Source: Octopus vulgaris
Taxonomy: Eukaryota
Direction of reading: 5' to 3'
Assembly (NCBI GenBank): GCA_951406725.2
Contig: OX597816.1
Coordinates: 73,284,001 to 73,348,000, forward strand
DNA: 64,000 nt
The notes beneath the pieces were generated by a model. The model saw only the letters and a list, made by a program, of their open reading frames with translations, was not told the DNA's origin and did no database searches. Below are positions 35,237 to 50,449 of the stretch, in pieces. Both the position numbers and the translations under genes were made by a program. Position 1 is the first letter of the stretch. Each line of letters opens with the position of its first letter.

Positions 35237-35392
35237 TGGTTCGTCTCGGGTCCGGTCTTATTCCTGGTGAGAATTATGTGGATAGCAGGTTTACTACCTG
35301 TAGCCTTAGGTATCCACAAGTTTTCAGCAGTCTTTCAAGTGCTTTGAACCCTCCTGATAATCCTTGAGGTCCCTAAAAGACAAACTGTCTTA
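35237..35392 (-). mobile_element. 3' tip of a Dong/R4-type non-LTR retrotransposon
   Basis: Minus strand KTVCLLGTSRIIRRVQST* followed by a short 3' UTR running into (TAAA)n/(CAA)n/(TAA)n. Confidence 0.6.
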
Positions 35393-35490
35393 GGAGATTT
35401 ACAGGGCATTCTACTCTAATCTCTTACAGCGATTTGTCTATATCTTTTCTTCTTCTTCTTCTTCTTCTTCTTCTTCTTCTTCTTCTTCTT

Positions 35491-35521
<31 letters not shown>

Positions 35522-35544
35522 TTATTATTATTATTATTATTGCT

Positions 35545-35714
35545 TGAGCGGAATTTCGTCTGTCTTTGCGTTCTGAGTCCAAATTCTGCCGGGGTTCACG
35601 TTGCCTTTCATCATTTCGCGGTCGATAAATTAAGTACTAGTTGCGTACTGGGGTCGATCTACTCAACTGGCCCCCTCCCTCAAAATTTCGGGCCTTGTGC
35701 CCAGAGTCGAAAAG

Positions 35715-35715
<1 letters not shown>
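35545..35715 (+). mobile_element. SINE family B, 5'-truncated, within a (TTA)n tract
   Basis: ttcgtctgtctttgcgttctgagtccaaattctgccgg...gtcgataaattaagtactag...caaaatttcgggccttgtgcc. Confidence 0.8.
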
Positions 35716-35779
<64 letters not shown>

Positions 35780-35788
35780 CATAATTAT

Positions 35789-36472
35789 CATTGCCTTTGC
35801 ACAGCTTCTAACGCTGGAGATGTACTACGGTGTCGGCTGTTCACTACCAGTGAACTACGATAACACCTCTTATTTCTCGAGCATCTTCCGGACTATTCGA
35901 GCGGTTCCAAGCAATGCTGTTTTCTGCAAGTGCTCCACACTTATTGCTGCCCCTATTTGTTCCACGTACTTCTCGAGATTTTTGCTCACTTTTCCCAGGG
36001 CTCCAGCAATTATTGGTACTACTGCTACCTTTTCATTGACCACAACTGCTTAACTTGCCAAGCTAACCTGTCATATCACTCAACTTTTCTTTCTTTCTTT
36101 CTTATCTCATACCTTGTTGTCAGCTGGGCATGCTATATCTGTGATCCAGCATAGTTTGTTTTCTTTCTCAATTAATACCATATCCGGCTTCCTATTCTCT
36201 ATCTCATGGTCGCACTGAACCATAAAATTCCATAGGATCTTTGCATTTCAATTTTCGACAATGCCTTCAAGTTTGTGGTCGTTCCAATTTTTTGCTCTGT
36301 TAAGTCCATACTCGTTGCAAAGTGTCCAATGGACAAGCCTGGCTATATCGTCGTGGCGTCTCTTACATTCCTTCTGCGCTAATGGCCTACATTGGCTGGT
36401 AATAATCCATACGTTTTCACCGTTTTGTCAACAGATTCTGCACTTAACACTTTCTGCTGTGTTGTCTATTAT
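35789..36472 (-). mobile_element. 5'-truncated Dong/R4-clade non-LTR retrotransposon (zinc knuckle plus restriction-like endonuclease), pseudogenised
   Basis: Minus strand KCRIC...SQCRPLAQKECKRRHDDIARLVHW...KILWNF...NRKPDMVLIEK...DIACP...VVPIIAGALG...LQKTALLGTARIVRKML*, with stops and frameshifts; 3' end in (TAA)n. Confidence 0.88.
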
Positions 36473-37313
36473 TAACCGGCGGCGGTTGTGGTGGTGGTGG
36501 TGGTGGTGGTGGTAGTAGTGGTTGTAGTGATGAGTGAATTGGTGGTGGTGGTGGTGGTGGTGATGGAATTGTTAGTGGTAGTAGTGATGAGTGAATTGGT
36601 GGTGGTGGTGGTGGTGGTGGTGGTGATGGAATTGTTAGTGGCAGTGGTGGTGGTGTTATTTTTTAACAGTGGCAAGCGGGCGGAATGGTTAACGCGTCGG
36701 ACAGAAACGCTAAAGCGTCATTTCTTCCGAACTCTTTATACTCTGAGTTCATTTTTTTCCGCCGAGGCTGAGTTTACCAATGGTAACGACGACGCCGGAT
36801 AAAGAGCATAGTTTTAGAAAGAGGCCGAATTAAACGCCGAAGTGATATGTGGCGTAGTTTTGTTTTTATAGCACAAGTCCCAATGCTTTTTGATCAGAGC
36901 TCATATATAGCCAATGTCACTTATCAAACACAAGAGATTAAAAACATAAATTGATCAGAATGAAGACTGAGAAGATTATTCCAAAATCGTATCTCTTTTA
37001 GCCTTCAAAACTACACAGGATTACATAAGACGATGTGGTACAGAACATATCCATCCGGTTCACAGCCACTGGAAATTGCTATGGCTACGTTTTCCAATTG
37101 GGTGACCGTTGGCGGTTGTTGCTATTGTGCGCGCGTGCTTATGCAGTGTGTGACAGAGAAAGAGAATTCGCAAATATTCAACATGTATGTGTATTTGTAG
37201 CATAAACAAACATATACATATATACATGCACGTGCATATGCATATATATATGTATATATATATTAATATAAATGCGTATTATATTAATATATATGTATAT
37301 ATATATGTATATA

Positions 37314-37427
<114 letters not shown>

Positions 37428-37617
37428 TTTGTATGTATGTATATGTGTATATATATATATATGTATATATATAAATATATGTATATAAATATATGTATAT
37501 ATATATATATTGATATATATATGCATATATATATGTATATATATATAATATAAATGCGTATTATATTAATATATATGTATATATATGTATATATATCTAT
37601 ATATATATATATATATA

Positions 37618-37675
<58 letters not shown>

Positions 37676-37963
37676 GATAGATAGATAGATAGATATGTAT
37701 ATATATATATATGAATATATATATCTATCTATTTTTACATATATTTATATATATACATATATATATATGATATATATATATGAATATATATATAATATAT
37801 ATATACGTATATATATATATATATATATATATTATATGCATATATATATTAATATATATGTATATATATATTATATATATAACATATACATATATATTAA
37901 TATATATACACATATATATTAATATATATATATACATATATATATATATTAAAATATATATGC

Positions 37964-38010
<47 letters not shown>

Positions 38011-38646
38011 AATATATATATATATATAAATTTTCGCCATTACTCATTGACCACCGATAAAGCACTAAGTTACTAAGTTCATTCAATTATTGTTAGCCTC
38101 TGAAGATGAATTAATTTGTGAGGTTCCCTTTGTAGTGTGTCTACGTATATGTGTGACTTTGTATGCGCTTGTATATATATTTGTGTGTGTATGTGTGCGT
38201 GTTAGTGTTTCTGCGTGTGTTGGTGCTTTCACATTTTATTTCGATTATTGATTTGTTTCTAAATTTCAATACGGTTTATATACATACGCATCACTAATAT
38301 CTGTGTGAATTGATATATTTATTTCTGGGTGTTATTTGGGTGCACAACCATCTGCAAAGACAGTGGTATCCGTGTACATGCACACACACACACACATACA
38401 CACACACACACACAGATGAGTATTCATTCACACACAAACACAAATGCACACAGACACATATGCATACACATGGAGGAAAATATACAGAGAATATATATAA
38501 ATATATGCGTGTGTGTATGTGTGTGCGTACGTGTGCGTGTCTGTCTATACTAATGGATGGATGATATTTATGTGTGTGTGTGTGTGTGTGTGTGCGTGTG
38601 TGTGTGAGTGTGCGTGAGTGTGTGTGTGTACATATAGGTATGCATA

Positions 38647-38689
<43 letters not shown>

Positions 38690-39789
38690 GATTTATATTA
38701 TATATATAGATATATATGTGTATATGTAAGTATACTTATTTTATATGTGTGTGTGAGTTTGTATTATGTGTGTATGTCCATATATCGAGAGGGAGAGAGA
38801 GATAAATATAGATGTATGTATTATATAGACCTACAGATACTAATTCACATACATACATGCATGCATACACGCACACATGCGTACATACACGCACACGTAC
38901 ATAGTACATACATACATAGATGCATACAGACATGCATGCATACACGCATACATCCATACATACATACATACATACATACATACATAAATACATACAAACA
39001 TACATGCAAACATGCATACATACATATATACAAACATGCATGCATACATACGTATATGCGTACATGCATACATACATGCATGTATTCATGCATATATACA
39101 TACAAACATGCATACATACATACATAGATACATACATGCTTGCATACATGCATACATGCATGCATACACACACGTACACCTACATACATATATACTTACA
39201 TACATACAAACATACATTCATACATACATACATACAAACATACATTCATACATACATACATACATACATACATACATACATTCATACATACATACATACA
39301 TACATACATACATACATACATACATACATACATACATACATACATACATACATAAATGCATGCAAGTATGATGGCTGCAACTTAATTTCGGGCAACGGCA
39401 TTTCTTGAATTTTCCCTTGAATCAGCACGTACGGCTAAACATTTTTCAATGCGCTGCCCCAGCATGGCCGTACTCTTATGACTGAAACAAGTAATAGATA
39501 AAAGATAAAAGAATAAAATGCAATAAAATTAGCCTGGTGGATTTGGGGATTTGAAGATTGTACTCGTAAATTAGTGCGGATTATAAGAGGTTACCGTTCA
39601 TCGGTGTCCAGAAATCGGTGTTGTACATAGATTAGATAAATTGCGGGTGTTTTCGTTAAATAAAAACTCACAACGCCAGGTGTGGGAATCCTACGACCGG
39701 AAGTTCGCTGCCCTAACCATTTGGCCATTGTGCCTCCACGGTGCATGTATAGTACATAGAATAACGTACAAAAGTCAAGAAACTGAACA

Positions 39790-40905
39790 GTGTATGAGTT
39801 ATGAAATGCATGTGTGCATGCATATGGAGGGGGTGGTGTATATCAGGTGCTGTGTTGGCGAATCTCAGGAAGCATGGAGGTTTTAAAGGATGCAATGTCT
39901 CAGCAACTAACAACTGATGCAGGTAGTTTGTTACGTGCTTCAGCAACTCTGAGTGTGAAAAAATGATTCTGAAAGTCATGGGAGCTGTGCTGTTTTCTGA
40001 CTTTGTAGGCATGCCAGGTGTGTTAGATATGCCCCCGTGTGTTCAAAAGGGTGCTCCAGGTGGTTATTAGCACAATGGTTAATAATTATGTGGGTGTTTA
40101 CCAAGTCAGTTGCCAGACGTCGAAGCAGGGCGTTCAAAGTAGGGTAGATGCCTAATAGAAGGTATTCGCTTGGTTGCACGTCTCTGAGCAGTTATGAAGA
40201 GGTCAATGTCCTGAACAAGAAAGGGGTTTCAGACCGGTGATGTAAATTCTAAGTGTAGCCGCACCATAGCCATGTACAGCCTTAAAAATATAGCTGGAGA
40301 GAGGCTGACAAAGGTCTTACTGAGTGATCCCAAGACACTCTCAGCCTTCTTGACATAGAGATATGCTTTGTCCAGCGTAAATCGCTTCTGACAGTAATGC
40401 CTAGGTCGCGTTCACATGATTTCTTTGATATTAAAGTTGTGGAGAGAGTATGTGGACACTGGTTTGTTGCTCCCAAAATGCATGGTAGTACACTTGTCCA
40501 CAACCAGCTTGAGTTGCAGTCCGTGATCCACTGTTGCATTGTGTCCCGGTCCAATTGCAGGATCTGTCCTTTTTATCTCAAGGTACAGCGTGATGCTGTT
40601 TGCTTATTTCAGCACTGTGGCATTCTTTAAGCTGACATCTATATCATTAATTTATGCAACAAGCAAAATGGGACCAAGAACAGATCCTTGCAGTACACCA
40701 GATGACATCTCATAGGGTGAAGAATGCTGTCCTAAAATCGTGACTAACTCTTTTCGGCTGAGAATGAAGGACTCCAACCTGTTAAAAAGATCATCTGTTA
40801 CACCCATTGCAGAGAGTTCTGCCATAAGTGTTTTGTATGGCAACCCATGAGCCGCCATCAGTGATGTCTTCAAGAAACTCGATAAGTTAATCACAGCAGC
40901 TGGAG
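39790..40905 (-). mobile_element. CR1-type LINE ORF2 remnant (RT core to C-terminus)
   Basis: SGVLQGSVLGPILLVA*INDID, ERDLGITVRSDLRWTKHI, VRLHLEFTSPV, FFTLRVAEARNKLPASVV; stops and frameshifts. Confidence 0.85.
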
Positions 40906-40961
40906 TTGGTCACGTTTGGAACGCATTTCATCAAGACCTGCACAGTAAAGGCTAATATAAC

Positions 40962-41765
40962 GATAATCAGCAGTGGTAGAAGCACTGTGTGAGACTCTGT
41001 AAGGTCAACATAAGAGGGAAGCGCTGAAAATGCCTGGTCGGAGGCCCAACCTTTATAGGGCTGAGAAAAGCTAAAGGGTTGCTGCAATAAGTGTGTGAAT
41101 CTGAGAGGGGAATATGTTGAATAAAATCATAATTAACTGATCCTCCTGTATTTTCGTTTACCCAAAGCCAGAAACTTTTCAGCACCCCTGGAAATGACAG
41201 TCTAACATCTTTCATGGCGCGCTGTATCGTCTTAAAAAAACATAGGTATATATTTAATAATGACATAGACACACTGTGCTTCGATAAGAAATGAAAGAAT
41301 TCTTAAGGTGAATGTCATAATCGTTGATCAGTTTCTGTGTCTGATTTGGAGCCAATCAATAGAAAAAACCTCCTAAGCCATTGATAATTCGACTGCGAAA
41401 AGGAAAGATATTTTCGCCTGCAGTTATAGCCAATGGACGGTGCTGAGTTGTCAAACATTTAAACTAAATTTTCTCAAAACAACTTGTCCGACGGTCCCAT
41501 AGGCCTCTCCTTTGAGAAACACTAATTTAACCTAAATTTGAGACACCAACAAAAGAAGAAATAAAGACAGAATTTTTCTCTATTCCAAGAAAAACGATTT
41601 TACAAATCACGTTCCGACGGCTTTATCGATCGCATTCTCACCTGGAATCGATTTTTGTAATTTTTTCAAGAACTATACACGCCCTGATACCGTCGGTATC
41701 TACATATCAAATTTGAACGCAATCGGATGGAGGATGCCCGAGATCATAGAAGACACACACACACA

Positions 41766-41840
<75 letters not shown>

Positions 41841-41858
41841 CGGATTTTATATAATATA
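40962..41858 (-). mobile_element. Probable non-autonomous Helitron/Helentron-like element with internal (CA)n
   Basis: 5' end tatattatataaaatc + (TG)n + ccgattgcgttcaaatttgatatg, resembling Lep1/DINE-type elements (from memory); 3' hairpin cagtg-cttctac-cactg followed by ctga (degenerate CTAG). Confidence 0.5.
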
Positions 41859-41860
41859 AA

Positions 41861-42265
41861 GGCACAGGAGTGGCTGTGTGGTATCTTGTTTACCAACCAC
41901 ATGGTTCCGGGTTCAGTCCCACTGCGTGGCACCTTGGGCAAGTGTCTTCTACTATAGCCGCGGGCCGACCAAAGTCTTGTGAGTGGATTTGGTAGACGGA
42001 AACTGAAAGAAGCCTGTCGTATATATGTATATATATATATATGCGTGTGTATGAGTTTGTGTGTCTGTGTTTGTCCCCCTAGCATTGCTTGACAACCGAT
42101 GCTGGTGTGTTTATGTCCCCGTTACTTAGCGGTTCGGCAAAAGAGACCGATAGAACAAGTACTAGACTTACAAAAGAATAAGTCCCAGGGTCGAGTTGCT
42201 CGATTAAAGGCGGTGCTCCAGCATGGCCGCAGTCAAATTACTGAAACAAGTAAAAGAGAAAAGAT
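41861..42265 (+). mobile_element. SINE family A, near full length (tRNA head, CORE-like accttgggcaagt segment, internal microsatellite)
   Basis: A-box tggctgtgtgg, B-box gggttcagtccc, internal (TA)(TG) tract, tail ...gaaacaagtaaaagag; further copies at 42965-43100, 43265-43530, 58135-58340. Confidence 0.9.
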
Positions 42266-42316
42266 ATATATATATATATATATATGCATGTTTGTGTATC
42301 TTTCTACATATATATA

Positions 42317-42382
42317 GTTGAAATTTACAGAAAAACATAAGACGAAAGCAGGTGTATGAACAACAAGCGGGTGCATCAGTAG
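42317..42382 (-). mobile_element. Short 3'-terminal fragment related to the Penelope terminal region at 62720-62791
   Basis: Minus strand acacctgctttcgtcttatgtttttctgtaaat resembles ccacctgccttcgtcttttgtttattttcataaa; ends in (TA)n. Confidence 0.55.
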
Positions 42383-42842
42383 GACCCTACAGGCGCACAT
42401 ACACACAAACACACGCATACACACACACACACACATACACACACAAACACACGCATACACACACACACACACACACACTCACGTGTGTGTATATGCAATG
42501 CCTACTTTTATAAATGCTTATCATTTGCTAATTTGCTAATTCATATCGATTTAATGAATTAACGAAGATTCCTTCACATTTTATTTATCAATATATCAGT
42601 TAGGTGATTAGACAAATTCTTTCACCGTTTACAGTCTATAGCAGATACGCAATGTGACATACATAAACATACGCATGTGTACGTACATCACGCACATGCA
42701 CACACACATGTACACAAACGCATGCATACACATGCATATATGTATGTGCATGTGTGTGTGTGTATATATATATTTACACATACACGTATGTATATATATA
42801 CACATGTGTGTGTGTGTGTGTATGTATGTATATATATAAGTA

Positions 42843-42873
<31 letters not shown>

Positions 42874-42888
42874 GTAAATATATATGTA

Positions 42889-42938
<50 letters not shown>

Positions 42939-43105
42939 GTATATATATATATATATATATATATAGGCGTAGCTTCCCAACCACATGGTTCTGGGTTCAG
43001 TCTCCCTGTGTGACACCTTGACTGTCTTTTACTATAAGCCGCGGGTCGAGCAAATCCTTGTGAGTGGATTTGGTAGACGGAAACTGAAAGAAGCCCGTCG
43101 AATAT

Positions 43106-43195
<90 letters not shown>

Positions 43196-43681
43196 GCATG
43201 TATGTATGTGTGTGTGTGTGTGTGTGTGTATACTCACACACATATGTTGCATTTATGACTTTGAGGTTAAGAAACTCGCTTTTTAACAGTGACGTTTTAT
43301 GTTCAGTTTCACCAAGTGGCACTTTGGCAAGTGTCTTCCACTATTGTGAGTGAATCTGGTGCCACCCAATGTTGGTTTATTACGCTCCCGTAAATGAGTT
43401 GCTTGACAAAAATGACCAGTATTAGAATAAAAAAAATTTAAATATAGATGCTGGGGACGATGTGTCCTACGAAAACTCTGCTCCAGCATGGCCGCTGTCC
43501 AGTGACTGAAGCAATTGAAAGATATACAAGATCGTAACAGTGTGACTTTGTGTGCGCGTGCATGCAGTTATGAAATATGGTGCGGATGACATGGAGGAAC
43601 ATAATTGCATACAGCGGAAGTTATTAGAATAGAAATGTCTCATAAAGAATGTATCATCTTATATGTATATATATATATTAA

Positions 43682-43960
43682 GGGCATTGCTATACATAAA
43701 TACCTCAGGCTATGAGGGACTCTTAAAATCAAAACTATCATAATAAACACCTTTTTCCGAACGTGAGGGAATCCAACTCTCGAAGTGAGCCTTTTAAAAA
43801 CAAATTCAGCTGCAGACCATATGATTTCATAATTAGTGCACAAAATGCACTTTTTAATCGTCAGTGCAAGCATAATCGCGTTCGGTAAAATGTATTTATT
43901 TTTGTAGCTTTGAGTTTAAGAGTCACTCCTAGCTTCAGGCATTCATGTATAGTAATGCCC
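43682..43960. mobile_element. MITE with ~90-bp TIRs and TTAA flanks (Kolobok-like; Harbinger not excluded)
   Basis: TTAA|gggcattgctatacataaatacc...ggcattcatgtatagtaatgccc|TTAA. Confidence 0.75.
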
Positions 43961-44024
43961 TTAATATAAATGAATATATTTAAAGAGAATAATTAATAAA
44001 TGTATGTATGCATTCTTTTATTCT

Positions 44025-44240
44025 GCCTTTTTCTTTTATTTGTTTCAGTCATTTGATAGCGGCCATGCTGGAGCACCACCTTTAGTCGAACAAATCAAAC
44101 CCAGGACTTATTCTTCTTAAGCCTAGTACTTATTCAATCGGTCTCCTTATTTAACCGCTAAGTTACACACACGTAAACACACCAACATCGGTCGTTAAGC
44201 GTTGGTGGGGTAGGGGGACAAACACAGCAACAGATAACAA

Positions 44241-44277
<37 letters not shown>

Positions 44278-44457
44278 CACACACACACACATATATGTAT
44301 ATATATATATAACGGGTTTCTTTCAGTTTCCGTCTACCACATCCACTCACAAGGTCTTGGTGCACCCGAGGTTATGGTAGTAGACAAGGTGGGACTGAAC
44401 CCGGAAGCATGTGGTTGGTAAGCAAGTTACTTACCATACAGTCACTCCCGTGCCTAT
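44025..44457 (-). mobile_element. SINE family A
   Basis: Reverse complement of 41861-42265 with internal microsatellite. Confidence 0.85.
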
Positions 44458-44477
44458 AGGTTTAATTTCATAAAAGC

Positions 44478-44515
<38 letters not shown>

Positions 44516-44540
44516 TTTCATATATGTATATGTATATTTG

Positions 44541-44623
<83 letters not shown>

Positions 44624-44749
44624 GTATACATATATAAATGTATATGTATACACATAGATATATGTATGTGTATATTATGTATATATATGTATGTGTGTAT
44701 CTATATGTATTCGTGTATGTATATGTATGCGTGTATCTATATGTATGCG

Positions 44750-45103
44750 TCCAGTGATTAGGGCTGCAGACTCGCGGTCGTAGGATCGCAATTTTGATTT
44801 CCAGACCAGACGTTGTGAGTGTTTATTGAGCGAAAACACTTAAAGCCCCACAAGGGTCCGGCAGAGAATGGTAGCGAACCCTGCTGTACTCTTTCACCAC
44901 AATTATCTCTTAGACTTTCTTCCTCTTTCTGTTGTACCTGTATATCAAAGGGCCAACCTTGTCACGCTGAATTTCCCCGAGAACTATGTTAAGAGTACAC
45001 GTGTCTGTGGAGTGCTCAACCACTTGCACGTTAATATCACGAGCAGGCTGTTCTGTTGATTGGATCAACTGGAACCCTCGTCATCGCAACCGACGGAATG
45101 CCG
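44750..45103 (+). mobile_element. SINE family C with tail T1
   Basis: ttagggctgcagactcgcggtcg...gagcgaaaacac...gggccaaccttgtcac...gtcatcgcaaccgacggaatgcc. Confidence 0.8.
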
Positions 45104-45239
45104 TAGTATATATATATGTGTGTGTGTATATTTAAAGGGCTAAAAAACCACTAGGTGTTCAGCCGTATGCTATATATATGAGTTGACCGATTAGTTTCCA
45201 CACATTAACAATGTATGTTAAAGCACATACATGTATATG

Positions 45240-45297
<58 letters not shown>

Positions 45298-45429
45298 CAT
45301 ATATATATAAATATATATACATACATCAATGTATGCATGTAGTGTATATATAGTGCATATATATGTATATATATATATATTCATGTATTATATATATATA
45401 TATATATAGTGTATACATATATAAATATA

Positions 45430-45481
<52 letters not shown>

Positions 45482-46657
45482 ATATGTGTGTGTGTGTGCA
45501 TATGTATATATATATATATATACGTAAATACATTACATATTACATATTATATATCATATATTATATATACACGTACGTGTATATATATTATATATCATAT
45601 ATTATATATACACGTACGTGTATATATAAATATATGCATATACATATATTCATTGTATATGATAAGTACAATGTATGTGATTACTACGATATTTCATATA
45701 TGTACTTGTGTATATATATCTATTTATATTCATACGGAACAGATGCAGTTGTGTAGATGCGCGAATGGAAATAAATATCTATGCTTACTTCTATGCATAT
45801 GTATATATACACGCAGATTAATTATAGAACTAATTACTTAATTAACAATAAATAGAAATTAAGTAAAATTATTCTCTTTATTTATAGATTTTGTCAGTAT
45901 ATTTCCCCTCGCAAAGTATGTCTATATCTGTTTCAACACACGATTTCACATGAAGAATTTTGCAAAACATACGTTTGTGTAGGTTAGTTTAGATATGTAT
46001 ATATATGTACATATATACATACATATGTGTATATGTATATAAATATATATACAATTTACACACATTTATCTCCTTTTCGTTTCTTTTCATATATGCTCGT
46101 GTGTATATACACACACACACATATATATATATGTATGTGCATATTTATATATATATATAAACATATTTAGACATACGCATGTATATTAAAAGATGTATGT
46201 ATATATGTATGTATGTATAATTATGTATGTATCCTGACACATCCCTTCAGAAGTATGTTCGCATGCATATATATCACATGCTTCAAACATACAAACATGA
46301 TGGCACAGACAGCTGATACACGCATAAACTCACATACATAGGGAAACAGAGGGATAAGCACACACACACGCACACACACACGCACAAACAAACACACAGA
46401 CATACACACATAGTCATACCGACAAACATTCATTCCAAAATCATTGTACAAATCCAACGCTTGCAAGTCTGTATATACAGGTATATAGAAATAGACATAC
46501 AATGCATACACATTTTATAAATCAGAATTCCTTTTTTTAGATCCTTCTGTTTGTTTCAGTTCCTTTTTGTCTGTCTGTGTGTCCGTGTATCACGACCGAC
46601 AAATTCACTTAACCACTTAAAAACAATATTGCATCTGTGAGTGTATATGTGTGTGTG

Positions 46658-46826
<169 letters not shown>

Positions 46827-46834
46827 CTCTTTTT

Positions 46835-47241
46835 TTTACTCTTTACTCTTTTTTACTTGTTTCAGTCATTTGACTGCGGCCATGCTGGAGCACCGCCTTT
46901 AATCGAGCAACTCGACCCCGGGACTTATTCTTTTGTAAGCCCAGTACTTATTCTATCGGTCTCTTTTGCCGAACCGCTAAGTGACGGGGACGTAAACACA
47001 CCAGCATCGGTTGTCAAACAATGCTAGGGGGACAGACACACAAACATACACGCACACACACACATATATATACATATATACGACGGGCTTCTTTCAGTTT
47101 CCGTCTACCAAATCCACTCACAAGGCATTGGTCGGCCCGGGGCTATAGCAGAAGACACCTGCCCAAAGTGCCACGCAGCGGGACTGAACCCGGAACCATG
47201 TGGTTGGTAAACAAGCTACTTACCACACAGCCACTCTTGCG

Positions 47242-47243
<2 letters not shown>
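46835..47243 (-). mobile_element. SINE family A, young full-length copy
   Basis: Close match to 41861-42265; flanked by (TA)n. Confidence 0.9.
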
Positions 47244-47322
<79 letters not shown>

Positions 47323-47384
47323 GTATATATATATATATACATATATATATTTATATATATATGTATATATATATATATAGCCGC

Positions 47385-47805
47385 ATCATGAATGTGTGTA
47401 TTAAGAAGCTTGCTTCCGAACCACATACTTCCGGGTTCAGTTCCCCTGCGTGGCAACTTGGGCCACTGTATTCTACTATAGCCTCGGGTCGACCAAAGAC
47501 TTACAAGTGGATTTGGTAGAGGGAAACTGTGAGAACCCTGTCGTTTACATATATCTGTGTGTGTCTGTGTGTGTATTTATATGAGTGTTTATGTGTGAGT
47601 TAGAGTGTGTGTGTGTATGTTTGTCCCCCCCATCGGTTGACAGCCAATGTTAGTGTTTTTACGTTCCCGTAACGTAGCTTTTCGGTAAAAGAGACCGATA
47701 GAAAATGTACTAGGCTTACAATGAATAAGTACTGGGGTCGATTCGGTTGACTAAAGGTAGTGATTCAACATGACCGCAGGCAAATGGCGGAAACAATTAA
47801 AAGAA
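47385..47805 (+). mobile_element. SINE family A, older copy, head-to-head with the previous one
   Basis: aagaagcttgcttccgaaccac...gggttcagttccc...tatagcctcgggtcgaccaaag...aagagaccgatag. Confidence 0.8.
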
Positions 47806-47812
47806 TAAATGA

Positions 47813-47851
<39 letters not shown>

Positions 47852-47884
47852 TATATATAAGTATACGTTCATTAATATGCATAT

Positions 47885-47946
<62 letters not shown>

Positions 47947-48121
47947 GTATATGTATACATATACATGTATACATATATCTAGCTATATAATTATATAAAT
48001 GTGTGTGTGTCTGTATATATATATATATATATGTACATGTAAATGCTACATTCATATTTACACACCATTATATGGATATAAATATATGTATGTCCACACA
48101 CACATATGCACACATATGTAT

Positions 48122-48196
<75 letters not shown>

Positions 48197-48594
48197 CATA
48201 CATACATATTCTTTTATTCTTTTCACCCATGCAGCTGCAGTCATGCTAGAGCACATATTTGCGTGTATGCACACATACAAATGTGTGTTTGTGCACATTT
48301 TTAGATAGATATATACCTATGTGACGTTTACACGTATATTTTAGATACTTCGGCCAAAACATTGCTTCGAGTAATCCTTCAAATATATCCCTGTATTCTT
48401 ATATAATACATCCATGGATATATCTACATACGTGTGTTTCTATATAAACATATAAACCTGTATGCATACATGTGTATATATAAAACTATATATACAGTTA
48501 TACATCATGTTTCATTATACATAAATATATATATATATATAATATATATATAATTATATATATACATATATATATATACACACATATATATATG

Positions 48595-48639
<45 letters not shown>

Positions 48640-49257
48640 TCTTAGCTATATAGACATACTTACACATACCCGCTCGCTCACACACAAAAATAAACGTGTA
48701 AATATGTGTGATACGAACCTTTCTATACAACAAACAATTAGATTAACAAAAATAACAACGACACCACCACCGCCACCACTACCACCACCAACAACAACAA
48801 CAACGACTACAATAACAATAGCAACAACAAGAAACTACAACGACAACAATAACGATGACGAGGAAACAATAGATGAGAAAAATAAACCAACAGAAATACA
48901 TCAAAACAAACAAACAAACATAGGAGCAAAAACCCACACAAAACACAAATAGTAAAAGAAAAGAATAATTGAAACGAAAAAGAGAAAGTGGACGAAAGTG
49001 AAAGTAGAAGAGGGGAAAAAAATATGTCTGCCAACAAGCATTCATTGCTTTATTAAACAGAAATAGCCAATCTCAAGAGATATTTAATTATTCAATAAGC
49101 TTTCATCACCAAATAATATTTACTGTATTAGATTAGCCTGTAAACGACCCATAGATTGTTTGATGTTATGGAAATATTAATAATAACATTAATAACGATA
49201 ATACTGTTCTCACCGAGAGTGATGATGATAATAATAATAATAATAATAATGATGATG

Positions 49258-49309
<52 letters not shown>

Positions 49310-49663
49310 TAATAATAATAATAATAATGGAGATGGTGATAATAATATAAATAGTAATAATATAGTAATAATAACCTTTCTCTATCAAATTTTGTTATGT
49401 GAATGTGTGTATATACACACATGTATACGTGCGTGTGAGTGTTTTTGCGTGTGTATATATATATATTATGTATGTATGTATGCACGTAAATATGTATGTA
49501 GACGCATACACACACATGCACACACACACACATATATATATTATACACATATGTATATATATATATATTTATATATATATATATATACATATATAAATAT
49601 GTGTGCATATATACACATATATATACAAATATATATATATATACATATATATGTATATACATA

Positions 49664-49703
<40 letters not shown>

Positions 49704-50115
49704 TGTATTTATACACACACACACACACACACAAGTTTAAAATGTGTGTAGATTTTTATTTGTTTCCAAACAAACAGTTCCAATTCTAGATTGATCACGC
49801 TATGAAAATTATTCAACATTCCCTATTCACCTTTATGTATGTACGGTTAGCATCGAATGTGTGATGTGGGGCATCCCAGCTTAGGAAGTCTTCAGAAGAG
49901 AAACACGGAGAATGAACGAGAGGTCGATGTAGATGGCGTGAAGTGAATTGACATCACCTTCGTTCTCTTTACCGCTTTTATATTTATGTACAAACATGAA
50001 TACATAAATATATATATATATAGCTATAATAAAAGTGTGTGCTCGCGCTTGTTTGTGTGTATGTATGTATATATAAACATACACCACGTATATACGTATA
50101 CATATATATATATAC

Positions 50116-50164
<49 letters not shown>

Positions 50165-50379
50165 TGTATATGTATATATACACATATATATATGTATATA
50201 TATATATATATATATAAATAAATATATATATATAATTTTAATATCCGCACCAACGCACGGTTGCAACACCAAATGGTTTTATCTCCAACCGTGCTTTCTT
50301 CTGCTGTGATTTTTGCTAACAAGGTATCGGTTAAACTTTTGATTAATCTGCAACAAGATTATTCATCTTTCTATTTCAC

Positions 50380-50449
<70 letters not shown>

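Noticed and set aside
37062-37105. miRNA-like hairpin
   Set aside because: Short imperfect stem and no recognisable mature miRNA
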